This document shows, piece after piece, positions 1-12,454 of a DNA stretch of 64,000 bases. Made by a program: the position numbers and the translations under genes. The notes under the pieces are model-generated. The model was not told the origin of the DNA. It saw nothing but the letters and a program-made list of their open reading frames with translations, and made no database searches. This DNA comes from Lama glama (taxonomy: Eukaryota), in assembly GCA_028534125.1 (NCBI GenBank), contig CM052832.1:23252001-23316000 (forward strand), given 5' to 3'. Positions within the stretch are counted from its first letter, which is position 1. The number at the start of each line of letters is the position of its first letter.

Positions 1-39
1 TGACAGGACTCGGGAGAGAAAGGAGTAATAATGTTAACT

Positions 40-260
40 TCCTGGGGGCTTGTGACTGCGCTGGTTGCTGTACCGGGATTCTCGTTTGATGCCTTCGACA
101 ACACTCTAAGATAGGAATTAGCATCCACTACCCACCCTCCATCCCAGGTGAGAAACTGAGGTTCGTGGAAACCAAGGGCCTTGCCTAAAGCCATACACCA
201 TTACATGGGAAAGCCTGAACGCAGGCCCGGGTCTTCCTAGCTCTGTATTTGCACTTTCGA
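40..260 (-). mobile_element. MIR SINE fragment
   Basis: MIR core GAGAAACTGAGG...TTGCCTAAAGCCATACA. Confidence 0.6.
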
Positions 261-323
261 TCACCATGCGTATGACCCTGGAAGGGAAGGATGGAGGTGG
301 GAATAGAAAAATGACATTCCTTT

Positions 324-465
324 GTGCTGTACACCAGAGACCGACACAGCATTGTAAGCTGACTCTACCTCAATAAAAAAATTAATAAATAAATAAACAA
401 ACAAATAAATAAATAAATGCAAGCACCTTTATCTGGCAAAAAAAAAGAAGAAGATGTAGAAGGAA
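324..465 (+). mobile_element. Ultra-short L1 3' tip with a double A-tail
   Basis: GTGCTGTACACCAGA...CTCAATAAAAAA, flanked by the direct repeat AGAAAAATGACATTCCTTT (305-323 and 466-484). Confidence 0.85.
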
Positions 466-3399
466 AGAAAAATGACATTCCTTTCTCCTAATGCAGATAT
501 CAGTTGGAACCCAGGAAAGAACCATGGCAGCTTCTTTGCTTCATCTGAAAGTTACCAGTCCATGTGCGTGCACACGTGTATGCATTACTGTACATACTCA
601 GAAGCGTACACACACGTTCAAGCACATAGGCTGAAAATCTTCCCAAACTGTAAATGTCTCCTGGGCCATATATGAGCTTTTCTTAAAGGTCACCCAGCAG
701 GCCCCAAGGAAAACACGGGCTTGGTCGAAAAAGCTTTATATTTCCTCTCACTTTTTTAAACATTGGAAAATCCATTTGGCTCAGAGAAATGAATAGTAAA
801 AGGAGTTCTAACTACTTAGAGCCAACAAAACGTAATGGAAAAAAGGCAAGAATATGGCTGGACTTTATTTTCTTCTTCCTGAGCACATCCTGTCTTTAAT
901 CTGAGTGGTAAATAGGCCATGCCCAACATACCAACTCTTTTCAGGTGAAATTATCTAGGTTATAAAAACAAGCAACAACTGTGTTTTCATTATTCCTTAA
1001 TTTGTGGCTGACAGAAATAGCTTCCAAAATAAATCAAGAGGCAAATACTGCTCACAAGGGAGAAACCCACAAATTTTCCCTCTTTTGATAATTAAATTGT
1101 TGTGAATTTTTTCTTCACTTATACTGGTATGATATTATCTGAAAGAGTGTGTTGCAAAAGCCAGAAAAGGAAAATTTGAATTTTCACATTTGCATTATTT
1201 AAATCCACTGGAGAGAGGGAGGCTTTTTCTATATTATTAGTTAGTAGACTAACACCCCCGAGATACTTAACTTTCAAGTACAAGAACACATAATTTTGCA
1301 GCACCTCTCTGTAACCCCACAATACCAACTTCTTTGGCTCCATGATACACCTAAAGATTTATGTCACGCTGGTGAAAGCCACACCCATTTTTGTCCTGTA
1401 CATTTAGTTTCCCTTGTTTCATACTACTTTTTTCTCTAAGTTAAATCTGAGCAAAGAGTCAAACAGAAATCATCTTCACAAACAACACAGTAAGCTTTCT
1501 TTAATAAGAAACTAGATATACTGATAGATTATTTGAAGCAACATCTGTCACATTCCTTTCTCTGGATGTCATTTAAATCAAGAATTAACTTCATGGAATA
1601 AATTAAGGCAGCATTCTTTTAAGCACTGGTTGTGGGGAAGTTAATAGGTATTGCCCTAAAAAAAGGTGGCACTGGTCAGATGGAAATCTTCATCAAAGTT
1701 AAACAAGTCGCTTTGCTTTCTTTGTAACCACAAGATTTCACAGAGTTTCTAAAGTGCAATAGAGGAGTAGAAAACATACCAGCTTCCAAGCTAATTTGAC
1801 TATGGGACACTTTATTCAAAGATCATCTCTGTTTCACAGACCTAGAGGTTCATGGAACCAACTTGTTTTGGGAAGCACCTACTTCAAGGCCAGGTCTGAG
1901 CCGGCTAACATCCAAAGGTCAAGTCAGACACTCCCCATCTAACCATTTCACTGTCCCCAAGCACACAGATCACACTGTTTTCTTAGGAAAAACAGGACAA
2001 GGATAGAAAGTATAAAAAGCTCTACTAAACTGATGAAAATATACAAGTTTAGCACCACATCTAGCAGGAGAACCATTACACTGGAACATTCCCCTAATAA
2101 GGGAGGGAAGGGGGAACTATCTTAGCAAAACCATTTTAACTATATGGTATATGCAAGAAGTCATTCCCAGCCAGTAACTGCAAGACATCAGCCAATCATA
2201 TTTAAAACTGGAAATTAGGATTTAATAAAGAATAGTGCATTATGAATTTGATTTTTAAATATCTTAGAAGAAAAATTTGATTGAAAGCTTCTGCTCTTTA
2301 ATATTCCATATATCACACAGATTTGATACTGCGTATGCTAAAAGAAAATAAAATTAACATTGAAAATTAAACTTCACTTCTAATGCTATCTTGATGTCAT
2401 TAAAGTACTAACATTAATAAAAGTAAATGCAGCAGAAAAATTGGATATTAGTAGTATATGGTATATTTTAAAATGTCACAGATTTCTTTTCAGCCTTGAA
2501 AACAGAAACACTTTTGATATCTTTAATTGAATGCAAATCAAAACCTAGGGAGATTAGACACATTTTTAAATAATTTTTTTAAAAGAAGAAATAAGAGCTC
2601 TAACAAGAAAAGTTAGAATAGTATTTCAGGTGAGGCTGATATCAATTGCAAATGTATAGACGCTAATGTAATCAAACACATACAGCTTACTTATTTTGGC
2701 AGATCACAGGAAATGGGGTATTTGGGAAGCCAGGGGAAAGTTACAGTTTATAGCTATGGAAAGTTCCCAAGTGGTAGGGAAACCAAAACTACCCAGGCAT
2801 TTCACCTTCTGCTTTTGAGTACTCCCCAACTATGAGGAAGTATGAATCCAGATGACAGAATAATCTGATTGTACTAACTCCTCCCCTCAAACTGCTGAAG
2901 GAGACATGAGAAACAGCTGCATTTTTAGTTGGGCACTGAGACTGCTGAAACAATAATTGGCAGTGTCGACTCCTTAACACAGCCTTTGCTCAAGTGTGTA
3001 CTTTTTACCCAACGCTGCCACACAAATTTGAATTCTGCACCTTGAGATCTCATTGCAAAAAGTGAATTCCATATCCTGCTTTTGAACGTCAGTAACCCTC
3101 AGCCAAAAATTTCCATCCTGGCTTTATCCAAGTGCTGCTTCTGACTCATTTGTTTCAAGGATTAGCAAGGGTCCGAAACCAACATGAGAAAGTTGGAGAA
3201 AGTAATTCGGAAGCACAGCACTCAGAAAGAAAGCAAGACCAAAGGAAACTGAAGCCAACCCCGTGATGACAAGGCCATTTCCTCACTTCCTGTAAAGTAA
3301 CACAGGCCGACAAGATGCGGAAGAACCAGCACAAACATCACTTGGTGAAGCCTCCTCCTGTCCACCGGACCATCACAACATCCTCGTCCCACACTTCTA

Positions 3400-3780
3400 A
3401 CCTCCTGCTCTACTTTTTCTAAGTCCCTATTACCCACTACTATGTAATTTATCTATTTATTATGCTTATTGTTTATCATGTTAACCCCTTTGATAGAATA
3501 TAAGTCCCTAAGAGCAAGAATCTGCTGTTTTTTTAATGTCTATTTATATTTTTAAATTTTGTTGGGGGGGGTGGGTAATTAGGTTTTATTTAATTTTTAA
3601 TGGAGGTGCTGGGGATTGAACCCAGGATCTCGTGCATGCTAGGCATGCACTCTACCACTGAGCTATACCCACCCTGCTCTGCTGGGTTCTGTTTCTTTAA
3701 CTGATAAATCCCAGTGCCTAGAACAATTCCTGGGACACAGATGCTGCTCACCAGGTATCTGCTGAATGAATGAATAAAGG
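3400..3780 (+). mobile_element. L2 3' end, interrupted by a SINE
   Basis: AGAATATAAG...CCCAGTGCCTAGAACA...TGAATGAATGAAT, the L2 terminus. Confidence 0.7.
3530..3674 (-). mobile_element. Camelid tRNA-derived SINE (Vic-1 type)
   Basis: The reverse complement reads GGGTATAGCTCAGTGGTAGAGTGCATGCCTAGCATGCACGAGATCCTGGGTTCAATCCCCAGCACCTCC, then AAACCTAATTACCC and an A-rich tail. Pol III A and B boxes are present. Confidence 0.9.
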
Positions 3781-5153
3781 ATACTATTCTTTGCCATCTT
3801 TGGATCCCATGGTTCAAAACATTAAAGGATTTTAGTTGCTTTCCTTTTTACCTAAAAATTATTCCAAAGCTTCTCCATGCCCTAATCCTCGATCGGAAAA
3901 GTTAAGAAAATTAATATAACTAGTTTGAAAATGTGTCGTGCCAATTAAATTACCATAGGAAAAAGAGATGGAGTAAAATTTATGTCACCTTAATTTATCT
4001 GTTTTTTTTTAAGTATGCTTAGTAAAATGCCTTTTTTATAAATGATTCTAGTATTTCCTTAATGATCCCTTTCTCCTTACTCCCCCGATTTAAGCACTAA
4101 TCATTGTAACTAAACTGTTCAATTTCCTTCACAAGTCAGAGTATTAAACCCACATTTGTCTGGTGATTATTGTACTTCTTATATAATAAGTATTAACAGT
4201 CTGCCCATACAAGGCCTACCAAAGGAAAGATCAATGGTGAATATTATAATTTAGGCACCAGGCTCTCCCTTCTACCATGCTGAGATGCCCAGCACTCTTC
4301 CTGGCTGACTCTTAATCCATCCTTAGTTTAAAAGTATAGTTGATTCAAACACATACAGGAGGAGAGAGGTAGGTATCCTAAACAGAAGAAAGAACATCTA
4401 TTTCTGGGCCAATGAATACAGGCCCAGAGGAGCTGTATCTTACTATTTTTTCATTTTTTCCATGAAAAATTCATAAAATTTGTCATTTGAAATTTCCCAA
4501 TTGGGGCTGTAAACAAAAATGTGTCGAGGCCAGATGTGGCCCACGGGCATCAGTGTGAAATCTCTTGTTTAAAGCCTCAGCTCAGAAAGCACTGCCACCA
4601 GGAAGCTCGGTCCAAAGTGGGGGAGACACCCCTGGGGTACGCTATGTCTGGCCATCCCTGGTTTCACCAGACTCTTGTATAGTTCCTTCAATGTGTCCAT
4701 CTTCCTTGTGGGAAGCATCTTATTCATCTTTATATTCCTAACATTCAGCAGTGTCTAGCACACAGCAGGAGCTCGAAAAATGTTTGAATAAATGAAAATC
4801 TGGACAAGACCACCTGGGTTCACACTTCAGTAGTCCCTTTCAACCCATCAGCCTGCTTCCCATCTTTACACTTTAATCAACCAACCTTCAGGAAAACACA
4901 CGATCAAGGTCATGCGCATTGGTACCAAGTGTCAAACTAAAAGAGACAAGCCCATCCCTGGAGATCTATAGGGTTCTCTTTATTATAAGGAAGAAGCAGC
5001 ATTCAGCATGCTTTGAAAATACAGGAGAAAAAAATAAATATGACAAAGTAAAACAGTTGTATACCATGTGCTTTGTAGGAGATGAGCAAGTATATGAAAG
5101 AAAATTCAGTAAATTGCTACCTGATTCTCCATCATTCAAAACACTTTTTGCAG

Positions 5154-5272
5154 GGGGAGGGTATAGCTCAGTGGTAGAGTGCATGCCTAGCATACACAAG
5201 GTCCTGGGTTCAATCTCCAGTACCTCCTCCAGAAATAAAGAAATAAATAAACCTAATTACCTACCCCCCAAA
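5154..5272 (+). mobile_element. Camelid tRNA-derived SINE (Vic-1 type)
   Basis: Same consensus. TSD AAAACACTTTTTGCAG / AAAATACTTCTTGCAG (5138-5153 and 5273-5288). Confidence 0.92.
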
Positions 5273-5608
5273 AAAATACTTCTTGCAGATGGCAGTTAAC
5301 TAAGGCATGTTAAAAATGTCTCTATTTTGTTCCTTAGCTAGAACTTAAGAACAGAAAGATACTGCTTATCCAACCAATAATTAAATTTCACACACATGTT
5401 AGTTACACTTTGCCTAAAACCCAGTAAGTATCAGATTTACCATTCAAGATAGTATTTAGAATCAGATCCAAACGTGGCATCATTCTCCAAAGCAGGATCA
5501 TATGGTAGCACACTCTGGCTTCTCAAGTCAGGCATAGAAATGTACCCTGTACTTGTACAGTCCTTCCCTTTGTACTGTCTCATGATGAAAGCATCAAGGA
5601 AAACTTAC

Positions 5609-5773
5609 AGCTGTGCAAAAGATGCACCGGCATTCCTGGAGTGTGGTCATCTTGTCCAGAGACTGTTCACACAGGCAGAGTTTGCAAGTGACGAGAGGGG
5701 TGAGAGCCAGGTCTCCTGGCGCTGTGTTTTCGGCGGTCATGGTGAGACAGTGGAGTCTACCAACCGAGCCCAT
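5609..5773 (-). CDS. RNF144B: RNF144B (E3 ubiquitin-protein ligase, RBR family) first coding exon, codons 1-55; the gene continues beyond the window start
   Basis: The minus strand translates to [55 protein letters not shown], which matches the RNF144B N-terminus and start of RING1 (human [55 protein letters not shown]). It is 165 nt long and ends at a phase-0 donor GCT|GTAAGT (5608-5603). It is absent from the supplied ORF track. Confidence 0.97.
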
Positions 5774-5809
5774 CAGCCTGTCTTCAGCCTTCTTCAGTCT
5801 CCTTAGTCC
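5774..5809 (-). other. RNF144B: RNF144B exon 2, 5' UTR part (36 nt)
   Basis: Acceptor ...TTTTCTGCTTTGGGCCTTTCTTTAG|GGA with the AG at 5811-5810, 36 nt upstream of the ATG. Confidence 0.9.
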
Positions 5810-6130
5810 CTAAAGAAAGGCCCAAAGCAGAAAATATAATATTCATTGATTCATCTATAATTTAACCAACATATCTGGGCGCCAGAAGAGCAAATCTTCA
5901 CCCTCAATGATCTCTAAATGTACGGCAAATGCGTTTCTGAGGACCATGGGTGAGAGAGCTTGCCACCATGGCAAGGTATTCCTGCAGTCCTGAAATGTAA
6001 GGTGGCCTTGCTGTCCTGACTCATATGAGGTAAACTATGGGAATTAAAAGACCACTATGAACAAACACACCATTTAGGAATCTCATTGCTACGGTCCATT
6101 CAACAGATTCAAAAAAATATTTTAAAATAG

Positions 6131-6720
6131 AATGTCACTCAAAAAGTTAAACAAAGAAGTACCTTATGATCCAGCAACTCCGCTTTTGGATATACACCCA
6201 AAAGAACTGAAAACAGGGACTCAAACAGACACTCACACAACAATGTTCACAGCAGCATTATTCTCAACAGCCAAAAGGTGGAAACAATCCAAATGCCTAT
6301 TAATGGATGAATGGATCAACAACATGTGATATAAACATACAGTGGAATATTATTCAGCCTTAAAAAGGAATGAAATTCTGACACACGCTACAAGACGGAT
6401 GAACCTTGAAGACATTATGCTAAAGGAAGTAAGCCAGACACAAAAGGATAAATATTACATGAGTCCATTTATATGAGGTACCTAGAGCAGTCAAATTCCT
6501 AGAGACAGAAAGTAGAAAGGTGGTTACCAAGAGCTGGAAGAGGGGAAAACAGAGAGTTACTATTTAATGAGCACAGAGTTTCTGTTTAAAATGATGAAAA
6601 ACTTCTGGAAATAGTATGATGGTTGCACAACATTATGAATGCACTTAATGCTACTGAACTATACACTTAAAATGGTTGACATGATCAACTTTATGTATAT
6701 TGTACCCCAATAAAAAAAAT
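6131..6720 (+). mobile_element. Old L1 (L1MB-like) 3' end
   Basis: ORF2 C-terminal remnant (PYDPATPLL...MFTAALF) followed by the typical 3' UTR and AATAAAAAAAA. Confidence 0.85.
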
Positions 6721-6744
6721 TTTCAATAGGGTGTTGGTGTTAAT

Positions 6745-6945
6745 TTGTGTTCCTTCACATGCATTTTTTCATTTAATCTTTTGCAACCACAATGATTATT
6801 TCCTTTGCTTTATAGATGGACTGAGGTCCTGAGAAGTTAAGTAATTTGTCAACGTTCTCAAAGCTTACATATGGCAGAGCAAAACTCAAACCTCCATCCT
6901 CTGTGGCCAAGTCCACGTCCTGGTCCATTGCACCAGAACTGCATC
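6745..6945 (-). mobile_element. MIR SINE
   Basis: TTTATAGATGGACTGAGG...GTTAAGTAATTTGTC, the MIR core. Confidence 0.65.
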
Positions 6946-8499
6946 ACAAGTGGATATTATGTAGAGGGATGGAGCAGGGAGAGAGAGATGTAGGAAGAGA
7001 AAGGGAGAGAGGGGAAAGAAAGAGACACGAAGTCTATGACTACAGCTATCATAAGATCGCAGAAAATGTGCAAAAATAAAATTCATCCCTACACATAGCA
7101 CGACAATAGGAAAGGATATTTCTACACTGAAAAATCAAAAGTATAACTGAAGTCCTTCCACTAGACTGTTCTTACTCAGGATATCTTTAAAAGAGGTAAA
7201 ATAATTGTGAAAATAATTTTCCTACATAATCATAGTTTTCATCACGTTGAGAAATTTCATGTTCTGATTAAATAAAAGCAAAATCCTAAAGTTTTTACTA
7301 TTTTAAAAGAGTATGGCCAATTCTAACAAATTCGGCTGTAGAAGTAATTGTACCCTCTCTCCCTCCAAGAATCAGAGTCTCTGCCTTCCAATTTTCAGGA
7401 AAAAGAAATTATTTCTCACATTCAGTTTCTGTTATATAGAGCCCCAAAGTGGCTTCAGTCTTAACATATAGGTACAAAAGTCCTAAAACAAGGGAGGGAA
7501 AAACAAATTGGCTTAGATAGAAACAAAAAAACTATGAAAAACTAACTGCACAAACTTTCTTACTGTCGTATCAGAGTCAACAGTTACTAACTCTAGTAAC
7601 CTGAAGTATTTAAGGTTTATGGCCTACTCCTTTAGTAGTAGTACAAGACTTCATTAAAAATGATTTAAATAGGAAGTTAACCAATGATTGGCTTCCAATA
7701 TGACAGATATTTCTCGGGAAAGATCCAATAGGGTTAAAGACACAGTGTTTTTATTTGATTAACTATTCATGATCTGTCACCCAGAAAGCAAATTAAAATC
7801 AAATCAACCTGCACATCAAATTCAGGATTTTGAAGTTAAAAAAAAATCTCTCTTTGGGATCAATTAGGGGTAAAAGTGAATGATTTTACTGCTTCCTTGT
7901 TCCTAGTTTATGCTCACACAACTGTCACCTGTTTTCTTCTCCAAGACTCTCCTGTTCAAAACACACATCATCTTATCAATGATGTCTTTTCATCTTCTTC
8001 TCACCTCCATTTTCCAAATATTGCTCATATATCATATTCTGAACTACTTTCCCCCTCAAAAAGAGAAATTCCAAGTTAAACAACAAGAAGAAATGTCGCC
8101 AGTAAGTGCTTCCTGAGTAGCGAAGATGGGAAATGACACAGGCCAGAAACATCCCACAGCACAAATGTCAATTACACCAACAGCCCATTCAGAGGAAGCT
8201 GTTGAGAACAGATAAATCCTGCTGTTCCAACCCAGAAAGAGAGCTAGGTGTCCTTCAAGAAAGTCATTTATAGAAGAAGGCATTTAATGGGCCAATGAAC
8301 TCGAAAAATGAAGACATAATTGGATATCTCTTAGAAGGTTATCTCTTCGAAATAGTCTTCTTTTGAAGGCAGGACTAGAAGTCGTGTGAATCAAGGCCGT
8401 CTGAAACATAATCTTGTCTTGTGCCATATACATAAGTTTTTACTCCTTAGTTTGTGAGTTACGTGACTTTGGCTATGAAATCAAAGTTGTAAAAACATG

Positions 8500-8760
8500 A
8501 AAATATCCGTCACCTCCAAAAGTTACCTCCTGTCTCCTTTATTTATCATTATTTTGTGTGCATATCTGTGTGTATGTGTGTTAAGAGCACTTAACATAAG
8601 ATCTACCCCTGGCAAATTTTTAAGTACGCGATACAGTACTTTAAGCTACAGGCATTATATATTTCCATAGATGTTTACTTATATCCCAACCAATCAAGTT
8701 ATATACGTGCAATATATACAGTTTTTGTCTGTCAATCATACCTCAATAATATGGCTTAAA
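8500..8760. mobile_element. L1MA-like 3' end with a 5' inversion
   Basis: 8500-8660 is antisense L1 3'UTR. 8670-8755 is the sense terminus ...TGTCAATCATACCTCAATAA. Confidence 0.65.
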
Positions 8761-11618
8761 ATTTATATATATATATGAATTTAAAATATACATTACATAT
8801 AAATATTGTTACAACATAAAAACTTTTTTACAGAGCAGAGTTCTGTTTTCTTTAAAAAAAAAAAAATTCCAAGCATTCCAATCAAGGCAGTACTTGCAAC
8901 TAAGATGGAGGAAAGAAGTTAACATATTTCATCTCTTTGAGATGTGAACAATCCAAAGTAATTCTTCACAAAGAAGTGATTTATTTTCCTGTATAGAATA
9001 ACATTAGCTCCCCAATGTGACGGCTTTCAAATGCTTTTAAGGCAATGGAATTTTATAAAAACAAAATCGTAAGTATACCACCACTGGGCGAAAGAGAGCA
9101 GGTAGACTAGTGCTGGTGGCAGCAATACTGAGAGACCCAGACTGGGTCCCCTTGACCTTTCCCTCAGCACCTCCCAGGCACCATCACAGAAGCTGACGGC
9201 TTCACCACACATGGTTTGAAAACCAGCCAGGCAAAATCAATAATGAATGTTTTCAAAATGAATGACCCATAACAAGCACTTCAGCGAAAAGAATATCAAA
9301 CAAGAAACCTTTTCACCATTGATTCAATAGAAATTGAGCTCTTCAACCAATAATTAGGAGAACCCTGAAGTCCTCTACATGAATTTTCCCCACACTTGAG
9401 ATATCTGTGAACGGCTCCAAGGTGTCCTAGTGCTTCTTCATTTATGTCTCATTAAGATTCACTGGTCTCCACAACATGAAACCCAATAGTAGAACTCACC
9501 CCCACACCCAAACTACTAAACGGCATGAAACACAGAGGGGGATGGCCAGAGGGATGTGGACCACACGCTCGCAGCTCCTCCTGACTTTCCTGGGACCACA
9601 TCTTCAGAGGTACACTAACAAGACATACACACACTCCCCTCCAGGTTTCGAGAAGAGTCTCCTTCCAGAAAGCCGGTAATTCATTCTTACCAGCTGGCTC
9701 AACTTGTTTTGCCTCATACTTCACATTTTACCTAAAATAAGAAAGTGACTAGAATGTTCCACCACCCTCCTGGTTAAAACAGGGACAATTATAATCACTT
9801 TTACAGTCATTACAAATGTGACTGCGCCTCTTATTAGGTGTCCAGAACCCACAGAGAAAAGGATTTTGGTGGAGAATGTAAGAGTCTTGTTGGAAAGAAG
9901 AAAAACCTGGCAAGCTGACTTCAGGGATGAATGTTCTAAAGTTGATGGCAGGGTGGAGGGTGGAGTGGTGAGACTACTTGCTTAACTGTAGGGAACCACA
10001 GAGCAGGACAGATTGACTGGGGCATGCAGGGAAGGAAACCTCTCTAATAAAACATCTGATTTTGCCCTAAGTTACCAGGAAAAGGGAATCAGGAGTTCTG
10101 CCTACTCTCTGAGTGTCTCTTGACCTACAAAGTGTTCATTATATGAGAAGCAATGACCTTCTGATAGGGAAGAACGGGAAAGTCACTTTTTCCCTCACAT
10201 GTTTCCACTAGAACTGCCAAAGAAAGGAATACTTCAGACGCTGTGCAGGAAGCTCAGGATGTATAAGGAATTTTCATATTCTCCTGGCGGCCTGAAAAAG
10301 CAATCCTCTCCAAAAATGCCGTGGGTGAGAGAGCCAACGTTCAAAGTATTGCTAACTAATGCAGTTCATGTCCACATCACGAACCAAAATCATAGCTGTT
10401 ATTCCACCGCACAAAGAGGTAACGTGACTGGGGAGGATAATGTCTTACGAGGATACTTACCTAGTTATTTAGGGACTTTTACACCATCTGCCAAAACTTT
10501 AAAACTGAGCTAAATTGGTAAAGCATGATTAAAGAGACTAAGAGAAATAGAAAGCTAACAAAGTGAGGCAGCTGATGTTACTGACATAACAGGACATTAA
10601 TGTATGTAAAAATCCAGTTGATCTGTGCTGAGGGGTCTTACGCCCAGCTCGTGCTATGAAAAGTCTAAGAATTACCCAAGAACAAAGGACCAAACAGAAG
10701 AGGAGACACATGAAGATTCTCAAAGTGCGTACATGCCCATCCAAGACACTGAGTCATCCCTGTGAAGTAGCTGGAATAAAAGATACGAAAAGATACCTGA
10801 GCACCGGACTGTGAGAGGGAGCCAACAAAGGGAAGGTAGGTGGGGGTGTGGGAGTAGACAGGGCTCAAGTGCTGCCTTGTATAATAAAGAGAGAGTCTCA
10901 GGAAGCCAGTTCTTCAGCAGAGCAGAGAGAAACAGGAATCCAAAGGTCCCATCTCTGCCTTGTTAGGAAGGCCCTCTCAGTATCAACTAAGAATGACATG
11001 TCAGGCAACCAGCTCAACACAATCTGAAAATTAGCATTGTGTTGACCTTGGCATTTCCACTCAATACAATGATTTGTTTCACTGCTGGTTCACGGTCTTA
11101 ACACAAAAGCCATTAGTGACTCAAATGGTACTGACTGAATCTAATAAAGTGCTGACCATCCTCAGCCATTAGCCATTTGCTGAAGTCCTACCCTAAATAC
11201 TTTCTGGAATGGAAGGTAGACCAGTTGGCTGGTAGAGTAGCAAGGGCAATGGTGATCAGTGGTCAGTGAGGCAGGGATGTAGGGTTGACCTCCACACCGG
11301 CCAGTGTTGTGGTCATAATCTCTTCTTACATCTCTGACCCACTCTCTGGCCATTCAGAGACCAAATGAACCAGTGCACATCTAGTAATATCACAAAAACA
11401 GTTCTAATATGTGCCTTGAGAGAGCATGAACAAATGGGAACACAGGCAACCTGACTAGTAATCACAGAAATGCAATTACTCAAGTATAGTTTATATCCCA
11501 TTTAATTGTTTTTAAAAGGAATAATGCTCAAGGCCAACGAGTACATACATGGCATTACACATGAATACGTCATCATTATTTGGAGACAATAAAATAGATT
11601 AGAAAATATTCTGCAGTA

Positions 11619-11820
11619 TGGTCGTCCCTAGGTATCCGAGGGGAATTGATTCCAGGAACCCCCTGGCAGACCAAATTTTGGCAGATACCAAAGTCCTTAA
11701 ATACCCAAATCCCTTATATAAAATGGCCTGGTACAGTCGGCCCTCTGTATCCACGGATTCCGCATCCACAGACTCAACCAACAGCAACGCAGGACCCACG
11801 GGTACAAAGGATGCGCCGCA
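11619..11820 (+). mobile_element. MER2/MER2B-like non-autonomous Tigger (Tc1/mariner) DNA transposon
   Basis: Starts GGTCGTCCCTAGGTATCCGAGGGG...CCCTTATATAAAATGG, ends in a degenerate inverted terminus CCCACGGGTACAAAGG..., and has TA on both sides. Confidence 0.8.
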
Positions 11821-12297
11821 TAAACAAACCCAAGGAGTACTTAATTCTTAGAGGTGACGGAAGTAAATATTCATCTACTCGGGCTTTGTGAAGTGGTAGC
11901 ATTGTTGCAAAACATTGTTTATACTGTGCCTCACAGGACAGGAAAGGGAACTTCTGCGCTTTGCCCCCACCACTTTACCGCTTCAGAGGAAATCAAGAAT
12001 TGAAAAAATACTTCAGCCTCTAATTCTTTAGTTTTAACAGCTTCATCTCAACAGGTTCCAGGATGGCGATAAGATCATAACTTTGTATCTTGGAGACTTG
12101 GTTTCTTCTAAAAATGGAACTGATATGCAAATATATCCCTATTCATTTTTTTTTTTTTTTTTTGTGGGTGACAAGGACAGACACTCCCTTAGGAGCGGAA
12201 TCTTAAATACTAGTAAGAACTGTTTTCTAGGCAGTCTCTTTGCTGTTTGAAATTACGTAATGAATAAAGTCCATTATTTTAATAAGATCTAATTTTT

Positions 12298-12454
12298 TCT
12301 AGCTTTATTCAGATATAATTGATGCATAACACTGTGTAAGTCTAAAGTATACAACGTAATGATTTAATCTATTTTGTGAAATGATTACAGTAATAAGGCT
12401 AGTTAACACCGCCATCATCTCATACAATTACCATTTTTTAAGGTGAGAATAATC
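12298..12454 (-). mobile_element. L1MA-like 3' tip
   Basis: AGCTTTATTCAGATATAATTGA...AAGGTGAGAA, with approximate TSD ATCTAATTTTT on both sides. Confidence 0.75.

Noticed and set aside
5154..5228. tRNA-Ala-like genes (six places)
   Set aside because: They have A-rich tails, mostly TSDs, and divergent stems, so they are SINE copies rather than tRNA genes.
1..5608. RNF144B exon 3 (expected to start CLKQY...)
   Set aside because: Not found; intron 2 evidently extends past the window start.
5474..5813. Plus-strand ORFs of 110 and 66 aa
   Set aside because: They are antisense shadows of RNF144B exon 2.
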